DNA of 30,463 nucleotides from Prasinococcaceae sp. CCMP 1430 (taxonomy: Eukaryota > Plantae > Prasinodermophyta), in NCBI GenBank assembly GCA_013416795.1, contig RQSC01000008.1, positions 374,743-405,205 on the forward strand, read 5' to 3'. Numbering within the stretch: the first letter of the stretch is position 1; each line of letters begins with the position of its first letter. Below the pieces are notes generated by a model. That model made no database searches. It worked only from the letters and a program-made list of their open reading frames with translations, and was not told the origin of the DNA. The position numbers and the translations under genes were made by a program. Below, in pieces: positions 17,219 to 26,452 of the stretch.

Positions 17219-19978
17219 ATGGCGGTGCGGGGCGGGGCGGATGTGCCCACGGTCGAGGTGCGCGCGCGTGAGGAGGTGTGCGGTGGCGGGGGCGGTGGCA
17301 ACGGCGGCAACGGCGGCGGTGTCCGGCGGTGGCTCACGCGGCGGGGTCGCAACAAGGAACGGGGCGCCAACGAGGACGACGGCGCTGTGAAACCCATCGA
17401 CCCCACGTTTGCCACAGCCGCCGGGACAGGGGGAGCAGCAGCTGCATTGGATGCCGCGCACGCGGCTGCAGCGCCGGCGGTGAACGCCGGCGTTGAGCGC
17501 GAGCCCCCGCAGCTCGACAAGTACACGCGGCGCGCGCTGGAGGCGCGCGCTCTGGTTGCCGAGCGTGACGCGGCGATTGCCGAGGCCGCCGCCGCTAGGC
17601 GCCGCGCGGAGCTGTCAAGGCGCTTCGCAGAGGCGGACGCGATGCTTGGATCGCCGGTGACACGAGCGGCGAGCGCTCTGGGGCCGGCAGTGTCGCGCGC
17701 GGCGGAAACGTGCACGTCATGCGCGTTGGACGCGTGCGCCCGCGCCTCGCGCGGAGCGCGGGAGGCCGTTGGGTCCGTCGGCGCCGCGACGGGCGTCGCA
17801 CGCGCGACCGAACCCATCGATGTGTCCGCTGAGGCCGCCGGCGCGAGCAGGCGGTCGCCTCTGGGGCGCGTGGCAGTGCTGGGCGACGGCCTGGCCGCGC
17901 TCGCCGCGGCACACCACCTCGCTCGCGCGGGCTGCGTGGTCGCCGTCTTTTCCGCCGCCAACGGCAGTGACGCGGCGGATGAGATCCTCACCCGACCGCT
18001 CGACGGGCCGAGCGACGCGTCTGAGGGCGGCTCGGGGGCGGTCTGGGACGCAGGTGCTGCCGAGCTCCCCAACACGCGCGCCATCGCACGGCTCGTCTCG
18101 GACATGGGGCTCGAGGCCGCGCGTGTGTGGCGCGCGAGTGGCGCTAGCCGGCTCCGTACGGCCATCGCGCACGCCGACGGCGGCGACAGTGGTGCAGAGA
18201 CGGCAGCGACGGCCGACGGCGGCAGCGGCGAGGGCGACAGCGGCGATGGGGATGGCGGCGATTGCCGCGATGGCAGCGTGCGTGCTGCTGCTGTGGTCAC
18301 GCCCGTGCCCCACACGCTCGCGGACTTTCTCTGGTGGCCTGCGCTCACCCCGGGCGCCAAGGCGCGCGCGCTCGTGGCGCCACTGCTGAGCGGTCTACCG
18401 GCGCTTCGGCGCGCCTGGGACGGACAACGGGGCGGCCCCGGCGAAGAGGAGGCGGGCGCAGGCGCGGGCGCGGCGGACGGCGCGCCCAGGAAGCGCGCGC
18501 GTAGACGGCGAGCGAAGGCGAGGCTCAGCGTGCGCGCATTTGCGGAGCGCTCCTTCGGCGCCGCCACGGCGGATGCGCTGGCGCCTGCTTTGTGCGCGGC
18601 GCTGATGGCGTCACCGGAGGCGCTCGCGGAGCTGCCAGCCGCGGGCGCGCTGCCGCGCGCGTGGCTCGTCCCGCGTTCGGGCGTCGGCGTGTTGGAGGTG
18701 CTCAAGTGGGCGCACGAGGCGAGCGCGGCCGCCGGCGGCCGCGTGGGATCGGCGGCGGCGGCGCAGGCTGGCGCGCGCGACGCCATCACCGCCGCGCACA
18801 CGCCCTGGTACGCTCGCAGGCGCACGAACGGCACGCGCAGGGCCTTTGCGCTCGCGGGTGGCAACGAGGCGCTCCTCTTCGCTCTGCGCGGCTCCCTCGG
18901 CGAGGGCGCGCTGGCGCCGTCGTCCCAGCCCGCGCACGCGCTGTCGCATGACCCCTCGAGCGGGTCGTGGCGCGTGCTCGGTCATCACGGCGTTTTGGGC
19001 GGTGGCAAGCTCGATCCCTTGTTCCAGGAGAGCTACGACGCGGTGGTGGTTGCGTGCGACGCGAACGCGCTACGGGGCCTGCGCATCGACGCGGGCGCCG
19101 CTCTGAACGAGGGGGCCAAGAAGTTCGCCAAGGCGTTCGACCAAGGAAATGCGGCTGCTGCTAGCGGCCGAGGAAGGCGCACCGAGGCGCGAAGCGTCGC
19201 GCTCGCCCTGCCGCACGGCGTCGATGCGCTGCCCAATGCGCGTGACACGCTCGCCTACGCCGTGGTGGCGGAACCCGACTGGTGGTGGGCGCGTGGGAGC
19301 CGGGAAGGTGGCGCGTGCGTCGTGTGCCCCTCTGAGCAGCAACGTGCGTCGGGTGGTTACGTCGACGCGGAGGGCGTCGAGCGAGGGGTTGTGATGGTCC
19401 GTGTCGCGGGGCGGGCGGACGCGGGCGCGGACATTGCCGCCGCGCGCGCCGCGGTGGGCGCGCTGCTGCCGCCGGGCACCGGCGAGTGCGAGCCGATCGG
19501 GGAGGTGCGACTGCGGGCGAGAGGGGGCGCGCTGATGAGCGCGCGTGCGCAGGCCGCCGGTGGGGTCTTGTGCGAGGGCGCGGAGGCGTTGGGATTGTAT
19601 TTGAGGGCGCCTCTGGCCGGATGCTCCGGTTGTGCCGGTGTTGGCGCCGGTGCTGGAGACGGCGATGGTGGCGGCGACGCCCATGCGTCGCGCACCGCGG
19701 CTGCCGTCGATGCCGCCGTCGGAGCGGCGCTGCAGGTGGTCGTCGAGCGCCGTCACCGCCTCAGAGCGAACCGTGGCACTCCTGATGACGACGGCGTCGA
19801 CGACGACGAGCGGGCAGGCCTGGACAACGCGCGTCGCCAGGCCGCTTCCTCGCCCTCCTCCGCTCCCTCTTCGAGCGCCCTCAAGCAAGAGCCCTCGCGA
19901 GCTCCCTCCTCGTCCGGCGAGGCCGAGGGGGCGAGCCGCGGGGGAGGCCGCGCGCGGTCGTTCGAGCAGGCCGCGTGA
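17219..19978 (+). CDS. Protoporphyrinogen oxidase (PPO2/HemY)-like flavoprotein, highly degenerate, with ~215 aa N-terminal extension
   Basis: RVAVLGDGLAALAAAHHLARAG, VWDAGA, LVSDMGL, LSVRAFAERSFG, FALAGGNEAL and SYDAVVVA align by eye in order with plant PPO2 motifs (VAVVGAGVSGLAAAYKL, IWDEGA, LLDDLGL, SVSEFFQRHFG, FSFKGGMQ, YDAVIMT). Confidence 0.7.
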   Translation: MAVRGGADVPTVEVRAREEVCGGGGGGNGGNGGGVRRWLTRRGRNKERGANEDDGAVKPIDPTFATAAGTGGAAAALDAAHAAAAPAVNAGVEREPPQLDKYTRRALEARALVAERDAAIAEAAAARRRAELSRRFAEADAMLGSPVTRAASALGPAVSRAAETCTSCALDACARASRGAREAVGSVGAATGVARATEPIDVSAEAAGASRRSPLGRVAVLGDGLAALAAAHHLARAGCVVAVFSAANGSDAADEILTRPLDGPSDASEGGSGAVWDAGAAELPNTRAIARLVSDMGLEAARVWRASGASRLRTAIAHADGGDSGAETAATADGGSGEGDSGDGDGGDCRDGSVRAAAVVTPVPHTLADFLWWPALTPGAKARALVAPLLSGLPALRRAWDGQRGGPGEEEAGAGAGAADGAPRKRARRRRAKARLSVRAFAERSFGAATADALAPALCAALMASPEALAELPAAGALPRAWLVPRSGVGVLEVLKWAHEASAAAGGRVGSAAAAQAGARDAITAAHTPWYARRRTNGTRRAFALAGGNEALLFALRGSLGEGALAPSSQPAHALSHDPSSGSWRVLGHHGVLGGGKLDPLFQESYDAVVVACDANALRGLRIDAGAALNEGAKKFAKAFDQGNAAAASGRGRRTEARSVALALPHGVDALPNARDTLAYAVVAEPDWWWARGSREGGACVVCPSEQQRASGGYVDAEGVERGVVMVRVAGRADAGADIAAARAAVGALLPPGTGECEPIGEVRLRARGGALMSARAQAAGGVLCEGAEALGLYLRAPLAGCSGCAGVGAGAGDGDGGGDAHASRTAAAVDAAVGAALQVVVERRHRLRANRGTPDDDGVDDDERAGLDNARRQAASSPSSAPSSSALKQEPSRAPSSSGEAEGASRGGGRARSFEQAA

Positions 19979-20119
19979 GCCGCGGCGGCACCGAGCCGAC
20001 ACGCTTCTTCCGTGCTCCAGTAATTCCAAGGCCAAAATCCCTTCCATCTACGACTCTGGTGCACCCACGCGAGCTCAAAAGTGTGCGTGTGTGTGTGCGC
20101 GCGCTTGTGTGTGTGCATG

Positions 20120-20308
20120 TTACTGGTCACCGTGGCAGCGGCGGCGGCGGTCCTGAGTCCGCGGCGCGTCGCTCCCGCGCGCGCGCGCGCCCTCGGCCAG
20201 CGCGAGCCTGTGGCGGAGGCCGCGCGGCGTGGCCTTGCCGTACCGCGCAAAAGTGTCCTTGCGCTTGTCCTTGCCGCGGCGGCGCTGCGCGTGTTCGCCG
20301 TCCATCAT
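20120..20308 (-). CDS. Possible small basic protein (62 aa), uncharacterised
   Basis: MMDGEHAQRRRGKDKRKDTFARYGKATPRGLRHRL... uses mostly GC-ending codons like the real genes here. I recognise no homology. Confidence 0.22.
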   Translation of the reverse strand: MMDGEHAQRRRGKDKRKDTFARYGKATPRGLRHRLALAEGARARGSDAPRTQDRRRRCHGDQ

Positions 20309-21147
20309 CCCTCCCCGTTTCCTCGGCCGCGGCGCCCGTCCCGTGCGCGCCCCGCCGCGCTGCTCACCCCCTCCCGCTCCCCCGCGCGCCGCTCGCCGGC
20401 CGCGCCTGCGCCGGCCCCTGGGAAATTCCCGCCTCTCCCCGGACGGTCAGATACCGGACGCGATCCGGCGCCGCACCGCCACGCGCGCGCAGTGTGGCGC
20501 GCCCCGCCACTCGACATCTCCACATCCCCCACCCCTACCCCTCCCGACACACACACACACACACACACACACACCACCCCCTACCCTTGCGCCCCCCCTC
20601 CACACACCACACACACACCACCCCCTGCCCCGGCGCCGCTACGGCAGCAGCGGCAGCTTCCGGCCCTTGCCGGGGCCTGCCCAGGTGGCGCGCCCCTTCG
20701 CACCAACCTCGCGTCGTCCGTGCCCCTTCGCAACAAAACGCGCGCGCGCGGGTGCATTTTGCTAATAAAAAACGGATGAGGAATGTCAAATGCGAGCGCG
20801 AGAGGGAAAGGAAGCGAGCCGCGAGGCGAGGGCAGGGCGCGTTTCGGCGGAATTGCGCGCGGTCGAATCTCAAACCGTCAAACGGGTCGAGAGAATTTTT
20901 GGAGGCCTGCCAAGCACCTGTGTTTCAATGCATTCATCTTGAGCTCATCGTCACCAACGGGAGACTTTTCCCGTGGCGTGTGTTTTGATGTGTGTGTGTG
21001 GGTACGCACACGTTGGTCGTGTGCGCCCGTCGGGTGCGCGCGCGCCCCTTCGCGCGCCCCTTCGCGCGCCGCGCGCGCGCGCGCGGGGGCTTCCGGAAGC
21101 TCCTGTCGCAACCCTCCAAAGCGCGGTTCTGAACGGGTTCCCCCACG

Positions 21148-21213
21148 TTTTTTTTTTTTTTTTTGGATGCCGCCTGCCTTACGCCAATCGTCGCGAGCCG
21201 CGGCGCCGCTTGC

Positions 21214-21267
<54 letters not shown>

Positions 21268-21320
21268 GATGTGGGTAGGTGGGCGGGTGTGGTGGAGAGC
21301 TGCCCGCGGCGCCGCTTGCG

Positions 21321-21355
<35 letters not shown>

Positions 21356-21490
21356 AATTTTCATTGCATTTTATTTTTTGTGGATGCCTCCTCGCTTTCC
21401 CTTTTCGTCGTGAGCCGCGGCGTCGTTTGCGCTGCATTTTTATTTTTATTTTTATTTTTGCTGCCGCGGCTTCGCTGCGTTTTTATTTTT
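21148..21490. repeat. Poly-T tracts (T17, T51, T29) separating three related 50-54 bp GGATG...CCGCGGCGYCGYTTGCG units
   Basis: Units at 21165-21214, 21267-21320 and 21382-21431, with a partial fourth at 21463-21479. Confidence 0.85.
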
Positions 21491-21952
21491 GTTTTATGTG
21501 GGTTTTATGACCGTTTTATTTTTCATATTGTGGAACGAAAACATCCATCTGCAAATATGTGTACTGTATTGGAATCTATGAGACCGCGTTTCGCGGTGTC
21601 GAATTTCCGCCTTTTTTTTAGGCGACGGCGGCGGGAAAGGGGCGTGCGCACGCGCGCGTTGCGGCGATCGGCCGCGCGGCCGATCGGCGCGGCGCGCGCG
21701 GACCCCCGGTGAAGCCCCCATTTCGCATCTGAAATATAAATCAACATGATATCACAAGTACTATTTTTGGAGGGAGTTTGTTACGTCGATTGTCGGGGCA
21801 AGCAAAGGGGCGCTTTCGCTTCCCCCGTCGTGTGGCGCGATTCGAATTCGCGGCGACGGAATTCGGCGCGCGGCGGCCGCGCGGCGGCGCCGCGGGACGC
21901 ATCTAAACGAATGGCGCGACTTTCCGCCGGGGGCGCGCGCGGGAAAAGCGCG

Positions 21953-21966
21953 GTGTTCTAGAACAC
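21953..21966. promoter_or_regulatory. Heat-shock-element core in a 14-bp palindrome (GTGTTCTAGAACAC) upstream of HSP70
   Basis: Contains nTTCnnGAAn, the established HSF-binding inverted pentamer pair, directly 5' of the HSP70 gene. Confidence 0.65.
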
Positions 21967-22013
21967 GCGCGCGGCGCGCGTGGCGGAGAGCTCCCGGCTC
22001 ACCTCTGCCAGCC

Positions 22014-22014
22014 N
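22014..22014. other. Single N, probable scaffold junction
   Basis: Sits between the HSP70 promoter and the 3' half of its intron, where exon 1 should be. Confidence 0.8.
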
Positions 22015-22103
22015 GCCGCCGCGCGCCGCCGCGCGCGCGCGAACGCGCGAGGTGGCGCTCGCCGATCGCGTGCTGACGGCCGCCGCCGCCCTTGCCTCCC
22101 TCC

Positions 22104-22134
<31 letters not shown>

Positions 22135-22138
22135 ACAG

Positions 22139-24033
22139 AGATCATCGCCAACGACCAGGGCAACCGCACGACCCCGTCGTACGTGGCCTTCACCGACAGC
22201 GAGCGCCTGATCGGCGATGCCGCCAAGAACCAGGTGGCGATGAACCCGATCAACACCGTCTTCGACGCCAAGCGCCTCATCGGCCGCAAGTTCTCGGACG
22301 CGGCCGTGCAGTCGGACATCAAGCTGTGGCCGTTCAAGGTCGAGTCCGGCGCGGCTGAGAAGCCCATGATCAAGGTGACCTTCAAGGGCGAGGAGAAGCA
22401 GTTCGCCGCCGAGGAGGTCTCGTCCATGGTGCTCATCAAGATGAAGGAGATCGCCGAGGCCTTCCTGGGCAAGGAGGTCAAGAACGCCGTCGTCACCGTG
22501 CCGGCGTACTTCAACGACTCGCAGCGCCAGGCGACCAAGGACGCCGGCGTCATCGCGGGCCTCAACGTGATGCGCATCATCAACGAGCCCACCGCCGCCG
22601 CCATCGCCTACGGCCTCGACAAGAAGGACTCGTCGGCGGGCGAGCGCAACGTGCTCATCTTCGACCTCGGCGGCGGCACCTTCGATGTGTCGCTGCTGAC
22701 CATCGAGGAGGGCATCTTCGAGGTCAAGTCGACCAACGGCGACACCCACCTCGGCGGCGAGGACTTCGACAACCGCCTGGTCAACCACTTCGTCCAGGAG
22801 TTCAAGCGCAAGAACAAGAAGGACATCACCGGCAGCGCCCGCGCGCTCCGCCGCCTGCGCACCGCGTGCGAGCGCGCGAAGCGCACGCTCTCGTCGACCG
22901 CGCAGACCTCGATCGAGATCGACTCGCTCTTCGAGGGCATCGACTTCTACTCGTCGATCACCCGCGCGCGCTTCGAGGAGCTGAACATGGACATGTTCCG
23001 CCGCTGCATGGACCCCGTGGAGAAGTGCCTCCGCGACGCCAAGTTCGACAAGGCCTCCGTGCACGACGTGGTGCTCGTGGGCGGCTCCACGCGCATCCCC
23101 AAGATCCAGACGCTGCTGCAGGACTTCTTCAACGGCAAGGAGCTGTGCAAGTCGATCAACCCCGACGAGGCCGTCGCGTACGGCGCCGCCGTGCAGGCCG
23201 CCATTCTGTCGGGCGAGGGCTCGGAGAAGGTGCAGGACCTGCTGCTGCTCGACGTGACCCCGCTGTCGATGGGCCTGGAGACGGCCGGCGGCGTGATGAC
23301 CGTGCTCATCCCCCGCAACACGACCATCCCCACCAAGAAGGAGCAGGTCTTCTCGACCTACGCCGACAACCAGCCGGGCGTGCTCATCCAGGTGTACGAG
23401 GGCGAGCGCTCGCGCACCCGCGACAACAACCTGCTGGGCAAGTTCGAGCTGTCGGGCATCCCGCCCGCGCCGCGCGGCGTGCCGCAGATCACGGTGTGCT
23501 TCGACATCGACGCCAACGGCATCCTGAACGTGAGCGCCGAGGACAAGACCACCGGCCAGAAAAACAAGATCACCATCACCAACGACAAGGGCCGCTTGTC
23601 GAAGGATGACATCGAGCGCATGGTCCAGGAGGCCGAGAAGTACAAGGCGGAGGACGAGGAGCACAAGAAGAAGGTGGACGCCAAGAACGCCCTCGAGAAC
23701 TACGCGTACAACATGCGGAACACCATCAAGGACGACAAGGTGGCCGACAAGCTCGACGCGGCGGACAAGGAGACCATCGAGAAGGCCGTGGAGTCGACCA
23801 TCGAGTGGCTCGACGCGAACCAGCTGGCGGAGATCGACGAGCTTGAGGACAAGCTCAAGGAGCTGGAGGGCATCTGCAACCCCATCGTCAGCAAGATGTA
23901 CGCGGCTGCTGGCGGCGGCGCGCCGGGCGCCGAGGGCGGCATGCCGGACATGGGCGGCGCGGGCGGTTTCGGCGGCGCGGCTGCGCCCGACGCCGGCGCG
24001 GGCGCCGGCCCGAAGATCGAGGAGGTCGACTAA
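22139..24033 (+). CDS. HSP70: Cytosolic HSP70, 5'-partial (exon 1 absent from the assembly)
   Basis: Acceptor CAACAG at 22138, then (E)[47 protein letters not shown] and C-terminal GPKIEEVD-stop. The N-terminal GIDLGTTYS segment is not in the window. Confidence 0.98.
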
Positions 24034-24160
24034 ACAGGACGCCCCCTCCTCCCCCTCTCCCCCTCATACCCCTCACCCTCCCGTACATTTAAAACACATG
24101 CTTGAACCACCATTTGTTTGTGACTCCGTTGGACCACGTACGGCGCCACTCCCCACACCC

Positions 24161-25096
24161 ATGACACCCCGCACCCGACCCGTTCCCGTCCCCTCAAGGC
24201 CGCCTCGCCTCGCGTGCGGGCAGGCCGCCACCGCACGAAGGGCGCGCGCGCGCGCCCCCCCCACGCTCGCTCCGCTCGGCGCGCTCGGCGCGTCGCTGGC
24301 GCACGACGCGGGCGCCGCGCGGCACTGCGTGGTGCTCGTCGAGGGGGCGTCCAAGCGCCCGGGTGACGACGCAGGTGCGAACGCGGCGCTCGCCGAGTCC
24401 CTTACGACGCCCCCAAATGCCCTCAATGCCCATTCTGGACTTCGCGTAGACGCGCGCGCTCACAACTCCCTCTCACGGGCCCCCTCACCCACGCAACACG
24501 CGCCGCTCGCCGCCCCATAGCGGAGCTCCTCGACGTCGTGGCCTTCGACTACCTGCCGCTCGACCCCGACAGGGCGCTGCCCGCGCTCGTGCGCGCCGTT
24601 CCTGCCGAGACAAGGGAGCGCGCATGCCGAGCGCGGCGAGAGCGGGACGAGGACGGCGCGCCGCGCCTGTGCCTGGACGCGGCGTCCGCCGGCGCGCTGC
24701 GGCTGCGCGGAGAACCGGTGCGCCTCGGTGAGGCCTCGCCGGACGCGCTGGCAGCCGCGCGCGCGTTCGCTCGCGCGTGGAAGGAGGCCGACGGCGGTGC
24801 GTGCGCCGCCCTACTGCGCCAGGTCGCAGGCCCTCGATGGCGAGCGAGAGCGCATTCCGAACGCACGGCGTGCGAGTGCAGCCCGTGTGCACGCGAGAGC
24901 GCGTCTGACCCCCACCCCACCCGATCCCACCCCACCCCCGACCCTCCTCCCAGGCCTCAGACTCAACGAGCGCGACTGCAGGCACTTCGCCGCAGGCGTC
25001 GCTGCGGCGGCTCTCTCGAGCGGCGGCGGCACCGGCGGCAGCTCCGCGGCGGCGTGCGCCGCGCAGGCGCTGGGTCTCTCTCGCCCCCGAGCGTAG
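24161..25096 (+). CDS. Uncharacterised 210 aa protein with His...DCRH motif (PPPDE/permuted papain-like; plant homolog family)
   Basis: Exons 24161-24374, 24521-24796 and 24954-25096 (GTGCG donors, TAG/CAG acceptors, CTGAC branch at 24905) join in frame to 633 nt. Motifs RHCVVLV, VVAFDYLPLDP, AFARAW and LRLNERDCRHFA resemble, from recall, a plant uncharacterised family (QHFMVII..VFDFQP..FNKSW..LRVG.HDCRHY). The start codon is less certain. Confidence 0.72.
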
Positions 25097-25117
25097 CTCC
25101 TCGCCCCGAAAATTTAT

Positions 25118-26402
25118 TTACATGATCTCCAGGCCGGCCTGGATCTGCCCCCACCCGATGAGGCGCCAGTGTTTGTCCACGCGGCGCGACAGCGCGACCT
25201 TCTCGCCGGCCTTGGTGCACACCGGCGAGGTGAGCACCAGCTTGGCGAGGTCCCCCTTGACGGCCGCCACGCGCGCGCCCGTGCACATCGAGCCGATGTT
25301 GAGCATGAGAACCTCGTTCTTGCTCAGCTTGGACACCTTGGACTGCTTCTCGCTGCCCTGCGTGCGCACGCCCAGCAGCCTGCGCAGCAGGAAGAAGTTC
25401 ACCTCAAGCTCTGTGAACACCGCCGGCAGGTGGCCCGGCTCGCCCAGCACCTGGCCCACCAGCCTGTCCGCGCGCGTCAGCGTGGGGTCGATGGTCGTGC
25501 CCACGCCGATCAGACCACCCGGCACCGCGTACTGCAGCTCGTTGCTCTCCGCGAAGAGCGACACGATGCGCGACATGATGGGCGTGCACTTGATGCGCCC
25601 GTCGTTGTCCTTGCTGACGATGCCGGGGCGCACCTCGACCTTCTGGCCCATGCGCAGCACGCCCTGCAGGATGGAGCCACCCGCCACGCCGCCCTGGATC
25701 TCGTCCACCTCCGCGCCGGGCTTGTTGACGTCGAACGAGCGGATGACGATCATGTTGGGCATGGAGGTGAAGTCGCGCACGGGCACGGGGATCTTCTTGC
25801 AGATGTACTCGGCGACGACGTCGATGTTGTACTTCAGCTGCGCGGAGATGGGCACCACCGGCGCGTCGTCGGCGATAGTGCCCTTGACGAACTTGCGGAT
25901 GGTTTCGTGCTGGTTCATGGCGGCGGCCTCCTGCACCAGATCGATCTTGTTCTGCAGGATGATGATGTGCTTGAGCTTCATGATCTCGACGGCGGCGAGG
26001 TGCTCCGAGGTCTGCGGCTGCGGGCACGACTCGTTGCCAGCGATGAGCAGCAGCGCGCCGTCCATCACGGCGGCGCCGTTAAGCATGGTAGCCATCAGAA
26101 TGTCGTGACCGGGGCAGTCGACGAACGACACGTGCCGCTGCAGAACCATCTTCTTGTCCTCGAAGCCCGGGACCTCGCACATGGGCGAGTCCTCCTTGGC
26201 CGAGCCGTACGTGCGGTAGCACTGCGGGCGCGGGCAAGCGTCGTCCTCGCACTTGTAGATCTTGGCGTTCGCGTAGCCGAGCTTGATGGTGATGTTGCGC
26301 TCGAGCTCGTTCTTGAAGCGGACGGTCTGCACGCCCGAGATGGCCTTCACGACGGTCGACTTGCCGTGTGCCACATGGCCTGCGCGTGAGCAAATGAGGC
26401 AA

Positions 26403-26452
<50 letters not shown>

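Noticed and set aside
16990-20047. Minus-strand ORFs 16990-18864 and 19070-20047
   Set aside because: They are low-complexity antisense shadows of the PPO-like gene.
20894-20902. AATTTTTGG Sm-site-like motif suggesting an snRNA
   Set aside because: There is no U1/U2/U4/U5 5' consensus (such as the U5 loop GCCTTTTAC or the U4/U6 pairing region) at the expected distance.
21958-23664. 568 aa ORF antisense to HSP70
   Set aside because: This is the known recurrent antisense ORF of GC-rich HSP70/dnaK genes, often mis-annotated as NAD-specific glutamate dehydrogenase. It has no independent support.
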